Below are positions 1 to 10,392 of a stretch of DNA of 64,000 bases, piece after piece (the stretch's first letter is position 1; each line of letters opens with the position of its first letter). Both the position numbers and the translations under genes were made by a program. The notes beneath the pieces were generated by a model. The model was not told the origin of the DNA. It did no database searches and saw only the letters and a list, made by a program, of their open reading frames with translations. Source of the DNA: Clostridiales bacterium (GTDB taxonomy: Bacteria > Bacillota > Clostridia > Christensenellales > UBA3700); the NCBI GenBank assembly GCA_014799575.1, contig JAAVHS010000015.1, positions 65,820 to 129,819 on the forward strand, written 5' to 3'.

Positions 1-699
1 AGCGGCAAGTTGTTTGTCGGAAAGTTCGAGAATATTTCTTCCGCCTTGATAATCGGCAAGCGACGAGAAATCAAACTTGATTTCGCCCAGCAAATCGTCG
101 AAAGCGGAATTTCCCGTACCCGTCTCGCCCGCAGGCGGTTCTTGCGTATTGTCCTCTCCTTCGATTCCCAACTCTTCGTCGCTCAAAGGCTCGTCGCTTT
201 CAACGACCGCGCCGTCGGCGTAGGTGTATACGTAGACGTAGTCATAGCCGTAAGTGCCTCTACTGCTCATGACGACTTCGCCGCCCTGCTCGCCCGTGGA
301 CGAGTCAGACCCCATGACCTTTCCTAGAATTTTCATTACGTCCAAATCAAAGCTCTCGTCAAGGAACATTTTGTTTTTGACGTTGGAATAAAAACCCGTC
401 AAATCCTCTTCGCCGTAAGCGTTGGTGACAATGGCTTTTTCGTCGGCTTTTTTCACGCCCTTGAAAATAGTAAATACGTCTTTGAAAGGTACTCCCGCTT
501 CAATTCCTATATTTTCGTCCCATACGCGCTCGGCAGCCTTGTAAACGCTCACGTTGATTCCGACGAGAACGCCGACAAAAGCCAATACGACAACCAAAGC
601 GACAATTCTACCTGCCGTCCTTAGTTTTCGCTTCTTTTTAATGGCTTTTTCGTCTCTTTCTATATCGAGTTTTTTAATTTCCCTTTCTCTCTTGGACAT
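1..699 (-). CDS. hypothetical membrane-anchored protein (C-terminus cut by window start)
   Basis: Not in the ORF track, since it has no stop in the window. The reverse frame is open from ATG at 699 down to position 1: MSKRERELKKLDIERDEKAIKKKRKLRTAGRIVALVVVLAFVGVLVGINV... This gives a basic N-terminus, one hydrophobic helix, then a D/E/Y-rich region. The + strand ORFs 10..327 and 554..748 are antisense shadows of it. Confidence 0.6.
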   Translation of the reverse strand, partial: MSKREREIKKLDIERDEKAIKKKRKLRTAGRIVALVVVLAFVGVLVGINVSVYKAAERVWDENIGIEAGVPFKDVFTIFKGVKKADEKAIVTNAYGEEDLTGFYSNVKNKMFLDESFDLDVMKILGKVMGSDSSTGEQGGEVVMSSRGTYGYDYVYVYTYADGAVVESDEPLSDEELGIEGEDNTQEPPAGETGTGNSAFDDLLGEIKFDFSSLADYQGGRNILELSDKQLAA

Positions 700-934
700 A
701 ACTCACCCGAAATTATTATACCACTTAGAATTTATTTTGTACATATAATATTTATATAATATTATCCGCTCCCCCAAAAAGCAACCCATTTTCTAAAAAT
801 TCCACTGTAAATATTTGCTATTTGCTCTATACTTTGAATTAAAAACGTCTCTTACTTCTTCAATAATATCAAAAGTATTGCAAAAAATACTGAATTGATA
901 TATAATAATTAAGTATTGAAAAAATTCAAAAGAT

Positions 935-2338
935 ATGAGAGACCAAATACGTTTGGGCGAGTCGATACTGTCTCGCACTCAGAAAAATAAAATATTCAAA
1001 AACTTCACAACGGCAAGAATTTTGTTGTTGAGTTCTTTTGTTCTCATACTTATCGGTACGCTTCTACTTATGCTCCCCTTTGCTTCCAAAAGCGGAAAGA
1101 GCATTGGATTTATGGACGCGTTTTTTACCGCAACCGCCGCAACTTGCGTGGTTGGTATGACGGTCGCGCCGACTGCGGCTACTTTCTCTGTATTCGGACA
1201 AATCGTAATTCTTTTTCTAGTTCAAATCGGCGGAATAGGCTTCATGACCTTTACCTCGTTTTTCTATTCGATGTTGGGACGCAAACTCTCTTTGAAGAGA
1301 AGATTGAGTATGAGCGAGGATATGTCCCAGACAACGAGCGTGGAAAAACTCAAAAATATCGCAATCAAAATCGTGCTTTTGGCGTTCGGAATGGAATTTT
1401 TGGGTTCAATATTCCTCACGATAGGTTTTTGCATATCGGGATATTCTTTCGGCATTGCGCTTTGGTACGGCATATTCCACAGCATATCGGCTTTTTGCAA
1501 CGCAGGTATTGACGTCGTAAGCGTAACGGGAAATTCTCTCGCAGCGTTCAGCAACAACTATCTGATTCTCGTCACTATCGCGCTATTGACAGGCGTGGGC
1601 GGTCTTGGATTTATCGTGCTTGTGGATATATCCGAACACAAGCGTTTTTCCAAATGGTCTTTGCATACTAAAATAGTCATTGTGATGACCTTGATACTCA
1701 CTTTCGGCGGAGCGTTTTTATTCTGGATTGCAGAGCGCAAAAATCCCGCGACAATCGGCAATATGCCCCTCTTTACTCAATGGGTCAACTGCTACTTCCA
1801 ATCGGTGGCTTGCCGCTCGGTAGGCTTTACGAGTTTTGACATAATAAAGACGACTGATTTATCGAAGACTGTATCTATGCTTTTGATGTTCATCGGCGCA
1901 GCGCCCGGCTCGACCGGCGGCGGTATTAAGGTGACGACAATATATATACTCTTCGCGCACGTCGTCGCTACTTTGCAAGAAAAGAAAGAGTACGTCGTCG
2001 ACAAAAGGGCGATTGGCTCTCATACTTTGGCAAAAGCGATAAGTTCTTTAATGCTCGCAATGATAGTACTTTCTATAAGTTCGCTTATTATATTCATTGC
2101 AGAAAACAACAGATCCGAGACGACTTTCCCTCAACTGATTTTCGAACAGGTCGGCGCGTACTCGACTTGCGGTATGTCTTTGGGCATCACGTCGTCGCTG
2201 TCGACTGTCAGTAAGTTGGTAATAATAATCGATATGTACCTCGGACGTATAGGCGCGTTTACGTTCTTTATGTCCTTTGCGAAATCAAGAAAGAATAGCA
2301 CGAAAATAAAATACCCCGAGGCAAATATAAACGTATAA
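935..2338 (+). CDS. ktrB: TrkH/KtrB-family potassium uptake membrane subunit
   Basis: 467-aa polytopic membrane protein with repeated pore-loop glycine motifs (SAFCNAGID, PGSTGGGIKVTT). Followed directly by a TrkA/KtrA-type gene. Confidence 0.85.
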   Translation: MRDQIRLGESILSRTQKNKIFKNFTTARILLLSSFVLILIGTLLLMLPFASKSGKSIGFMDAFFTATAATCVVGMTVAPTAATFSVFGQIVILFLVQIGGIGFMTFTSFFYSMLGRKLSLKRRLSMSEDMSQTTSVEKLKNIAIKIVLLAFGMEFLGSIFLTIGFCISGYSFGIALWYGIFHSISAFCNAGIDVVSVTGNSLAAFSNNYLILVTIALLTGVGGLGFIVLVDISEHKRFSKWSLHTKIVIVMTLILTFGGAFLFWIAERKNPATIGNMPLFTQWVNCYFQSVACRSVGFTSFDIIKTTDLSKTVSMLLMFIGAAPGSTGGGIKVTTIYILFAHVVATLQEKKEYVVDKRAIGSHTLAKAISSLMLAMIVLSISSLIIFIAENNRSETTFPQLIFEQVGAYSTCGMSLGITSSLSTVSKLVIIIDMYLGRIGAFTFFMSFAKSRKNSTKIKYPEANINV

Positions 2339-2363
2339 CTACCCCGATACAAGGAGAAAAAAT

Positions 2364-3053
2364 ATGAAAAAATTCAAACACTATAAAAAACAGCAATTCG
2401 CCGTACTCGGCTTGGGCAGATTCGGTATGGAAATCACCAAAGCGCTCTACAACTACGGCTACGAAGTATTGGCGGTAGACACCAACGAAGAAAAAATCAA
2501 CGAAGTGTCGAGTTTCTGCACGCACTCAATCGTCGCAGACGTGTCCGAAGAAAGCACGCTCAAATCATTGGGAATTGAGAGTTTCGACACCGTAATTATC
2601 GCTATCGGCAGCAATATGCAAGCCTCGATAATTACCGCCCTCACTTGCAAGGAAATGGGCGTACCCAACATAATTGCAAAAGCGCACAATGAAAAACATG
2701 GCAAAGTGCTTTCCAAAATCGGCGTAAACGACGTTATCTACCCCGAAGCGGCAATGGCGACCAAAGTCGCGACTATGCTTGTCAATCCGAATATTCAAAA
2801 CCACATGGAAATCGTGTCGGGCTATTCGATAGCCGAAATAAATATCTCCGACAAATGGGTCAACAAAAACCTCGGCGAACTTGCTCTTAGAAATCAATAC
2901 GCAGTCAACGTCTTGATTATCATCCGCGCAAACGACGAATTGATTACCACCCCGTACGGCGACACCGTGCTAAAAGAAGACGACATTTTGGTAGTCGGCG
3001 GAAGTAACGAAGATATTGAAAGTTTGAGCTTTGCCGTAAGGACGAAACGCTGA
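2364..3053 (+). CDS. ktrA: TrkA/KtrA-family K+ uptake peripheral NAD-binding (RCK) subunit
   Basis: 229 aa. Rossmann motif VLGLGRFG at the N-terminus and a TrkA-C-like C-terminal half. AAGGAGA SD upstream; lies 25 nt after the ktrB-like gene. Confidence 0.85.
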   Translation: MKKFKHYKKQQFAVLGLGRFGMEITKALYNYGYEVLAVDTNEEKINEVSSFCTHSIVADVSEESTLKSLGIESFDTVIIAIGSNMQASIITALTCKEMGVPNIIAKAHNEKHGKVLSKIGVNDVIYPEAAMATKVATMLVNPNIQNHMEIVSGYSIAEINISDKWVNKNLGELALRNQYAVNVLIIIRANDELITTPYGDTVLKEDDILVVGGSNEDIESLSFAVRTKR

Positions 3054-3671
3054 TTAAATAGAATTTTCTCTTTGCAATTTACTGAATTCGCAACCGCAAT
3101 AATTTTGGCGGTATAAGTTGTATTCCTTGGACAGTTCTACGGAACGGGCGTATCCGCCCTTTTTCTTGAAATCGTTGGGAAGATGCTTTACTTTCTTGCC
3201 CTTTGCAAGCGCTTCCCCTATCGTATTGAGTTTCTCGCAATTCTTGTAAGGGCTGATAGAGAGCGTGGAACAATAATAATCATATCCCTTTTCTTCTGCA
3301 TAATCGCATGCTTTTGCAAGTCTTAGCGCGTAACATATCGGACATCTATCGCCCCCTTCGGGACAATCTTCATAGCCCTTTACTTTGCTTGAAAAATCTT
3401 CTTTGCAATACGTCGGGCAAATTATATCAATCCCCAAATTCATCTCTTTGACAAGCCTTCGAAGTTCGGCGTATCTCTTGTCAAATTCCTCTTTGTCGGT
3501 AATATTGGGATTGTAAAAAAATAGCGTTATATCAAAATAATCTTTGAGATATTCCAAGCAATAACTACTGCAAGGCGCGCAACAAGCGTGCAAAAGCAAT
3601 CTAGGCTTTTTGCCGTCCAAGGAAGCAATCAAATTATCGAGTTCTTTCTGATAATTACGCTTGCTGTCCAT
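3054..3671 (-). CDS. queH: epoxyqueuosine reductase QueH (DUF208)
   Basis: Signature LLLHACCAPCSS, CPICYALR and YRQNYCGCEFS cysteine motifs; 205 aa. Confidence 0.9.
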   Translation of the reverse strand: MDSKRNYQKELDNLIASLDGKKPRLLLHACCAPCSSYCLEYLKDYFDITLFFYNPNITDKEEFDKRYAELRRLVKEMNLGIDIICPTYCKEDFSSKVKGYEDCPEGGDRCPICYALRLAKACDYAEEKGYDYYCSTLSISPYKNCEKLNTIGEALAKGKKVKHLPNDFKKKGGYARSVELSKEYNLYRQNYCGCEFSKLQRENSI

Positions 3672-4941
3672 TGTTTTCCTTCGTGTCGCTTTCCTCTACG
3701 ACGCCTTTGACAATCGTAGGCTCTTTCGGCTCGTCTTGTTTATTCTCGCTTTCTTCAACGTCAGGCGGAAGGAATGACGTTTCCAGCAATTCCATAATAA
3801 AGCTGAACGTATACTCTTCGCTCTCGTCAGTATGCATACTGATTACCGAAGAAGCGATATCTACCAAATCTTCTCTCTTTACGCCCAAATCGCTGAGGTT
3901 GTCAACGTAGTCGACGTAATTCTTCAATCTCTTGTAATAATTCTTTACCGATTCGGCAATAGCGTTGTTACCCTCTTTTGCGCTTTTGAGTATCAAATAG
4001 ACGTTGTCGCCCAAAAGATTGATGATATTGTCTACGTCCAAATCGGGATTCCATTTTCTCATTGAAATGTAATTCAAAAACAATATCATAAATATATTGC
4101 CGTAGTTGGCTCTGTATCTATCGCTCATTCTGTCGGAAAGTTCGGACAAAATATCCTTAGGCTTTTGCCAATAAGCGTAACCCGCCAAAATGGATGCGAA
4201 CAATACTCTGAATCTAAAACTCTTTATACCGTTTTGCAAAATACACTTCTTGAGATTTTCCGTCAACATCTTTATCGAAGTAACGGCGTATACCTCTTGC
4301 AGCGGCGTATTTTCGCTTTCGGACGTCAAACTCATTATAGCCATAGCCAAAGCGTGCAATCCCGACGTGGCGATTGACTTTGGCGGCATAGTATCCGTCA
4401 TAATTGGGTCTATTACTATCAAATTAGTCTGCGCAAACGAAGTGTTGAACTCGAAAATATCGTTGTGTTCAACGTCGTAAATACGCACGAAATTGCTCGC
4501 TTCCACGCCAGACGAAAGGTTGGTCGGTACGACAATAAGCGGAACTCTGACGGACGATATATTGTTGACGGTAAAGTTGCGGTAGTTGGAAATAAGCGAT
4601 ATTCCGTCTTTGAGCATAATCTTGACGGCTTTTGCAACGGCGACTGCGCTTTTCTTGCCAAGTACGATAATGGAATCGCACTCGCTTGCCTTATAGGCGC
4701 GCAAAGTCTTCTCGCAGTCCTCGACGGTGGCAATATCGCCAAATCGTTTGAGTTGTTCGACGACGTTGACTTCTTTGTTGAACTGTCTTAACATATCTTT
4801 GAGCTGTCCCACTCTATCGCTCATCTCGTCGCATATAAGCAATACGCGTCTTGCGCCAAGGTTGTTGATTTCCTTGACCGAACGTCTCAACGCCTTTTCG
4901 CCTACGACGAATTTTATATCTCTTTCAAAATTATATTCCAT
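3655..4941 (-). CDS. iron-containing alcohol dehydrogenase-fold protein, degenerate cofactor motifs
   Basis: 428 aa. Fe-ADH-like layout (ARRVLLICDE, IIVLGKKSAVAVAKAVK where GGGSxxDxAK is expected, SGLHALAMAIMS where DALTHAIE is expected). Acidic C-terminal tail. The 3' end overlaps the queH start by 17 nt. Confidence 0.6.
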   Translation of the reverse strand: MEYNFERDIKFVVGEKALRRSVKEINNLGARRVLLICDEMSDRVGQLKDMLRQFNKEVNVVEQLKRFGDIATVEDCEKTLRAYKASECDSIIVLGKKSAVAVAKAVKIMLKDGISLISNYRNFTVNNISSVRVPLIVVPTNLSSGVEASNFVRIYDVEHNDIFEFNTSFAQTNLIVIDPIMTDTMPPKSIATSGLHALAMAIMSLTSESENTPLQEVYAVTSIKMLTENLKKCILQNGIKSFRFRVLFASILAGYAYWQKPKDILSELSDRMSDRYRANYGNIFMILFLNYISMRKWNPDLDVDNIINLLGDNVYLILKSAKEGNNAIAESVKNYYKRLKNYVDYVDNLSDLGVKREDLVDIASSVISMHTDESEEYTFSFIMELLETSFLPPDVEESENKQDEPKEPTIVKGVVEESDTKENNGQQA

Positions 4942-4952
4942 AGTCCACTACC

Positions 4953-6176
4953 TCAAAGCAACGTCTTGAATACTGCCGAGTTGAATTTTCTGGGGTTGTT
5001 GAGCACGTTGACGTTGAAGGCCATTGCGCTGACAACCGCTTGCTTTTCTTCGTCGCTCAATTGGATTTCCTTAGAGTTGAAATACATCCTGTCTAATAAA
5101 TCTATAAAGTCGAGCGACAACTTGATAAATTGCGTATGCCTTTCCTCTTGCTTACATTCCGAATATATCTGCCAACCTATGAATGCAAGCAGACAGCGCG
5201 CGTATTTTTCCTTGCACGCGTCTTTGTTGTAATCGAATGCCGCTTTTATCGCCTTTGGCAAAGCGACGTAATATTCCACGCCTTTGACGTCGGCGATAGC
5301 CTGCGCCGCGCACTGTATCAATCCAAGACCGCTGCTGTCCGTGCCCTTGGAAAGATACGCGCCTCTTATTTCCATCTTGCGACATCTCTCGACCGTAGGT
5401 TCTTCAAGCAGACTCAACGCCTTGTTTTTCAATCCCGTGAGCGCAACTTTGCAAAATCCGTCGCTGATTGCCGACGTCTGTAATTCGATATAGTTGTCGT
5501 AAATCTTTTTTGCGAACGGCTCTGTCGGCGGAGGCGTAGCGCCCGTCACGGTAAATCCGTCTACCGCTCTAGCGAAAATTTCCAGCACTCCGTAAGCCGA
5601 CCTTTTCTTGTCCATAGTCGCGATAAGTTCCCCGTCCACAAGACAGTAGTCCGGCGAAAGCAAGCCGTCGATTATATTTCGACTAATTCCCTTTTCTTTG
5701 TCGAAAATTACCGCTGTGGAATTGGTTTCGTTGCCCGAACCGAATTGAGCGGGAATTGCGACGAAGGGCGTGTATATGATTTCTCTCGCTTCCATAGACG
5801 ACGAGTAGAATTTTTTGAAGTCTTTTACTTGCGTGGCAATCATGAGTTTGAGCGCTTTTGTATAGTCAATCAACTTGCCGTTGCCTATAACGACGATCGA
5901 ATCGCAGTTGTTGGACATAAAGACGAAATAGAGGTCTTTGAGTATTTCGTCGCCGTCCGTCAAGTCATTGCCCAAGTATACCGCGCCGATTGAAAGTCTC
6001 GATTGTTTTTCCACTGATTTTTTAATCTTTTCAATATATCCGCAATCGCTCGATTGAGCGTCGCTTACAAGCAAAATGCGCGAAGCGTTGAGACCCAACA
6101 AAATCGTAGGCAATTCCTCAATCGAATTTTTTGAATCTATAATCTTCGTGCCGTTGGAAAATTCATTGTAGTTCAT
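4953..6176 (-). CDS. iron-containing alcohol dehydrogenase-fold protein, degenerate cofactor motifs (paralogue)
   Basis: 407 aa. Same layout (SRILLVSDAQ, IVVIGNGKLIDYTKALK). Sits in tandem with the previous gene. Confidence 0.6.
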   Translation of the reverse strand: MNYNEFSNGTKIIDSKNSIEELPTILLGLNASRILLVSDAQSSDCGYIEKIKKSVEKQSRLSIGAVYLGNDLTDGDEILKDLYFVFMSNNCDSIVVIGNGKLIDYTKALKLMIATQVKDFKKFYSSSMEAREIIYTPFVAIPAQFGSGNETNSTAVIFDKEKGISRNIIDGLLSPDYCLVDGELIATMDKKRSAYGVLEIFARAVDGFTVTGATPPPTEPFAKKIYDNYIELQTSAISDGFCKVALTGLKNKALSLLEEPTVERCRKMEIRGAYLSKGTDSSGLGLIQCAAQAIADVKGVEYYVALPKAIKAAFDYNKDACKEKYARCLLAFIGWQIYSECKQEERHTQFIKLSLDFIDLLDRMYFNSKEIQLSDEEKQAVVSAMAFNVNVLNNPRKFNSAVFKTLL

Positions 6177-6257
6177 TTGATACCTCTTTTTGAAAGTATA
6201 TCACATACAATATCTAAAAATCTATAACCTTATCTAAATTTTACATTATAAAACACA

Positions 6258-7067
6258 CTAGCCGTTAAGCTTTTTTTCTTGGTCTTTTTTTATCTTCTGC
6301 CCTATCCAATAAAAGACGCCCATCTCCAAGTCTTTGCCCTCGATTTCAATACCCTTGCGCTCTTTGCGCTCGTAATACTTTTTGTTGACGAAATAGAACG
6401 CGCAAAGCAATCCGATTGCCAAAAGTCCTATGCCGAGAGCGGTAATTACTCTCAAAGCCATAGTTATCTTTTCGGCAGGCATGACGTAACTCAAAATCAT
6501 ACCCGTGACTATATGATAAATTATCATCTCATCTCTCTCGTCGTAATCGGGATAGATAATTCTGTTGTATACCATAATGGAAAACAAGACCATAATCGCT
6601 ATTCCCACGATAGGTACCCATATATTTTTGATTGAATACTTGTCTATATCAAAGAGAAGCAAACAACCCGTGAAAAAGAGTAATTCGTGCTGAACTACGC
6701 CCAAAACTATGTAATACACGCTGTCCGAGTTGTTGACGAAAGTGTCGGGCGAAAAAATCGCCGTAACGATATAACCTATACCCGAAAGCAATGAGCATAT
6801 GCCTGCAAACGGACGCATTTGCTTGACGCCGAAGCAGACTGCCACGCCTACGATGAAATAAGATATGTGAGAAAACTCGACGGGATATTTCGGTATTCCC
6901 GCAATTCGATAATAGATAAATTCGCAAATCTTGTATGACAAAAGCACTGTCGATACGGCGAAAAGAACTTTCAACGCTATTTTACGGTTGTTGCGCATAC
7001 GCACGGTCAAAAAAATCGACGTAGCGCAAATAAACGCTATTATTAAAGATAGCCACCAGTATTTCAA
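6258..7067 (-). CDS. integral membrane protein, function unknown
   Basis: 269 aa with about 8 hydrophobic helices and a basic C-terminal tail. No catalytic motif recognised. Confidence 0.65.
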   Translation of the reverse strand: MKYWWLSLIIAFICATSIFLTVRMRNNRKIALKVLFAVSTVLLSYKICEFIYYRIAGIPKYPVEFSHISYFIVGVAVCFGVKQMRPFAGICSLLSGIGYIVTAIFSPDTFVNNSDSVYYIVLGVVQHELLFFTGCLLLFDIDKYSIKNIWVPIVGIAIMVLFSIMVYNRIIYPDYDERDEMIIYHIVTGMILSYVMPAEKITMALRVITALGIGLLAIGLLCAFYFVNKKYYERKERKGIEIEGKDLEMGVFYWIGQKIKKDQEKKLNG

Positions 7068-7088
7068 CGTATTTCCCCCACTATAATT

Positions 7089-10000
7089 TTAATATCCGCG
7101 TCTACGACGTTTTTCTCTGTAATCTGCGATTGCCGCTCCTATAAGAACAATGAATATTACGCCCGGAATAATGAGCGCGTAATACAATACGCCCGTGACC
7201 GACTGAATTTCTTCGTCTTCTACAGGAATATATGATATATAGTCAAAGTTGATGACGTCTTCTTTGCTTGCCGGCATTGCCTTTATTGAGTGTTCCATAG
7301 ACGTATCGAAGTCTATTGCAAACAACAACTGATCCGTCGCAGTAGTTTCGCTGTACAAATCAATCGTAGTGGTGTACTTTCCGTCAATGTAGATTTCCAT
7401 CTTGCCGTACTTCGCATCCTTTACGCCGTAAAGACAGATTTGTCTTGCCTTTGCGGTAAAGGAGAATATCGAATTGGTATTGACGCTTTCGCTTATACTT
7501 CCGTTTACGCTGACGTATTCGGTTACGTTCGACCAACCGCCAATATACGCGAGCATTGACGATGTATTCGGCACGATTCTGCTCTCTTCAAAGAACTGAC
7601 CTATTCTCAAATCGTTGATGTGACAAGCAAAGCTATTTTCGTCAGAAATAATAATTTTGACGTATCTGTCTGTCACGCTGTTGAAAAGGAAATAGTTGTC
7701 GCCCGACTCTAATTTGTTGTCTCCGCTTCTGAGTTCGCCGTCTCTACGCGCTCTGATTTCTATTTTGGTTTGAGTAGCAAAAGTTTCGTCATCTGATACG
7801 TATATCTCTACCGTTTTGCCCAAAGTTTCGTTCCTTACGTTGAGTAGCACGTATTCAAGACGCAAAGACTTCTTCAAGTCAAGCACGAATTCAAAGTTAT
7901 TCGAACTATTTCTCGCGCTGTAATAACTACCTGTCGAGAGCGAGTCAATAGCGTACTCGATATCTCTTGTCGCCACAGCGGTAGGATAGGATATAAAGTT
8001 TTCGGCTTTCAATTCGTGAGTCTGATAGAATTCGTCTTTAAAACCGTATCCCATAGGATAAATTACTGGCGGTTCAAACTCGACTATATCGCTTGTTTTA
8101 AGTCCTCTGTATATCAAATAATCTTCGTCGATTATTTCGGCTTGTAAGCCGTAATCGTTTCTATCTTCGACGTCTTCGTCCTGAACGTATCTTATGCCCA
8201 GCTTTGCGTCGCATTCGCCCTTCGTGGAAAGAAGATAGAGTTTGTATTCATAAATCTTGTCCTCTTCCAAAACTATATCGTAAGACTGATAACGCGTGAA
8301 ATCATGTACGGGAATCGTACTGTTGAACACGGTATTCATATATTTTTGTATGCCGAATTCAACGCGACAAATACCGTGATTGCTCAAATATATTCTATAC
8401 TTTCCGCTCTTTGGCACGTTAATGCAACCTTCCGCAACCGTCAATACGTATACGCTTGGGTCAGGTTCTATATCGGTACGTCTTCTTACGCCCGCAAAGT
8501 CAATACTTCCGACGTAATCGGGCGTTCTCTTTTGATACGACGCCACAGCCTCGTCCAAAGCGGTCGACGTGTTGTCAAACTTCCAGTCCTCGTAAATTTT
8601 ATAAGTCGCAACGGTGATTTTCGCATTTATTTTTCCATACAGTACCGCGCTGTTTTCTCCGTTGCGCAAATTCAAATAGAAATCATCCGTCAACTTGTCC
8701 GAACTCGGAGTATAGTAATATACGCCCTCTTCTTCCGACCAAAGTCTGCTGTCGCCGTCCAAACCGACGATAGTCCACTCTTCGTCAGCCAACGTCACGA
8801 TATTGTTTGCGAAATCAAAAGTAGCAGTCTCGCCCATAGGTACGGTATATCCCATACTGTACGCTTCGCTATTGCCGACGGTAAACTTTGTCTGAACGGG
8901 TATATAAGCCAAATTTCCCGCCATCTTCTTCTTCGCATCATCGGAAAGCATAAGTCCGAATTTCTCGCAATACATGCTCATATCAGCTCCCAACTCTTCG
9001 CTGATGTTGAGCGCCAACATATCGTTGGAAGTATTGGCGGTATCATCCGACAACGCTTTGCCGTAAGCGATAATTATGTTTATAGTCTTATCAAGACCGA
9101 AAGAATGCATTATATTGATAAAAAACGCTCTCATCAAATCTCTGTCGCTATACAAGTCGCGACCTTCTTCGAGAAGTTGCAACGTGCGTTCAAGACAAGT
9201 GTACGGATTGACGAGCCATTTCCAATCGCTTTCGATAGCGACGTCAAAGTGCGTCATTACGACGTTGTCTATACTGCAAAGGATATCCTCTATCATAGTT
9301 TCCGCAGCAGAAGAGGAAAAGTTCTCGGATACGCTGACCTTATGCGCGCTTATTGCATAGAGCAAATCCCACGCCTCGCCTTTGATAAGTCTGTCATATT
9401 TGAGAAAACTTTCAAAATGGGACTTGTCCGCGACCACGGCTTTTCTATCTTCGTCATATTTCAATTCATCGAAATTGCCGAACACCACGCTTGAAGTGTA
9501 TTCGTTGCTATTGCTTGGAATTTCCAAAGTATTGTTGAAGAAAGACACTGCCGATTGCCACCAAGACAAGGATTTGTACATATCGTCTCTTATCACGCAC
9601 TCTTTGTCTTCATTGTAAAGAATATCGGTAGGGACGTAAAATCTTGTGTTGACGCAGTCCAAAATAGCGTAATGTCCGCCGCCGCTCTCAATTTGCTTTA
9701 CGTCGTCGCGACCGAGTCTGTAATACGGAATTACGATACCGCCTTCTATAGTCATGTTAAATGAGCTGACCGCCTCGCTGGTTCTGTCCACCAAGATTTC
9801 GACTATTCCGCCCAATGGCGCGTCGGTAGATCTAATCGTTGTTCTTACGTTGGAAATTCTTCGCGTCACTCTAATACCCGAAGTGAAATTGTTGACAAGC
9901 ACGCTGTATCCCGATTGAACAATCGTATTAGATACCTCGATTGTCAAAGACTCGCCTGCTGGCAAATAGATACCCGTGATGTGATATCCGCTCAATCTTG

Positions 10001-10220
10001 CGTCTACGTTAATCTTTGCGCGCACTCTGCGTTGGTCTTTATACTCCTGCGCAGTCGTCGGAGCGACGTGAGATTCAAGAATTTCAATACCGTCGCCGAA
10101 GCGCGATACTACGAAATCTTGAGTTTCGATTTGGTTTTGGCTTTTCGTGCATGCCGTAAGGCATACGCTGAAAATCACCGCAACTATCGCTATGACAATT
10201 ATAAGTCTTGTCTTTCTCAT
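7089..10220 (-). CDS. large cell-surface lipoprotein with C-terminal membrane anchor
   Basis: Start moved to ATG 10220 (GGAGAG SD). MRKTRLIIVIAIVAVIFSVCLTAC is a signal peptide with lipobox LTAC. About 1000 aa are extracellular, including a discoidin-like segment (FEFVLDLKKSLRLEYVLLNV). C-terminal TM helix plus RRRRGY. No HExxH motif seen. Confidence 0.75.
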   Translation of the reverse strand: MRKTRLIIVIAIVAVIFSVCLTACTKSQNQIETQDFVVSRFGDGIEILESHVAPTTAQEYKDQRRVRAKINVDARLSGYHITGIYLPAGESLTIEVSNTIVQSGYSVLVNNFTSGIRVTRRISNVRTTIRSTDAPLGGIVEILVDRTSEAVSSFNMTIEGGIVIPYYRLGRDDVKQIESGGGHYAILDCVNTRFYVPTDILYNEDKECVIRDDMYKSLSWWQSAVSFFNNTLEIPSNSNEYTSSVVFGNFDELKYDEDRKAVVADKSHFESFLKYDRLIKGEAWDLLYAISAHKVSVSENFSSSAAETMIEDILCSIDNVVMTHFDVAIESDWKWLVNPYTCLERTLQLLEEGRDLYSDRDLMRAFFINIMHSFGLDKTINIIIAYGKALSDDTANTSNDMLALNISEELGADMSMYCEKFGLMLSDDAKKKMAGNLAYIPVQTKFTVGNSEAYSMGYTVPMGETATFDFANNIVTLADEEWTIVGLDGDSRLWSEEEGVYYYTPSSDKLTDDFYLNLRNGENSAVLYGKINAKITVATYKIYEDWKFDNTSTALDEAVASYQKRTPDYVGSIDFAGVRRRTDIEPDPSVYVLTVAEGCINVPKSGKYRIYLSNHGICRVEFGIQKYMNTVFNSTIPVHDFTRYQSYDIVLEEDKIYEYKLYLLSTKGECDAKLGIRYVQDEDVEDRNDYGLQAEIIDEDYLIYRGLKTSDIVEFEPPVIYPMGYGFKDEFYQTHELKAENFISYPTAVATRDIEYAIDSLSTGSYYSARNSSNNFEFVLDLKKSLRLEYVLLNVRNETLGKTVEIYVSDDETFATQTKIEIRARRDGELRSGDNKLESGDNYFLFNSVTDRYVKIIISDENSFACHINDLRIGQFFEESRIVPNTSSMLAYIGGWSNVTEYVSVNGSISESVNTNSIFSFTAKARQICLYGVKDAKYGKMEIYIDGKYTTTIDLYSETTATDQLLFAIDFDTSMEHSIKAMPASKEDVINFDYISYIPVEDEEIQSVTGVLYYALIIPGVIFIVLIGAAIADYREKRRRRGY

Positions 10221-10340
10221 CTTCTCTCCTTGCAACAAAATAGACATATTCAAGATAATTTTACTACAAAAAATATAAAATGACAATTAAATATAAAATA
10301 ATTATTATATAAAACGCATATTTTAATGCGCAAAACATAC

Positions 10341-10367
10341 AAAAAGTCGACGGCAACCGCCGTCGAC
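10341..10367 (-). terminator. intrinsic terminator after hpf
   Basis: GTCGACGG-caac-CCGTCGAC hairpin followed by a T-run on the minus strand. Confidence 0.7.
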
Positions 10368-10392
10368 CTAATCAAATTAGAATAAATTCTGC

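Noticed and set aside
10-748. Track ORFs 10..327 (+) and 554..748 (+)
   Set aside because: They lie antisense to a longer open reverse frame (1-699) that has a plausible start, a TM helix and normal composition. The + strand ORFs have no SD and odd composition.
8304-9494. 396-aa + strand ORF inside the large surface-protein gene
   Set aside because: Antisense shadow of the 1044-aa minus-strand gene. The product is R/I/F-rich and low-complexity, has no SD, and is fully nested.
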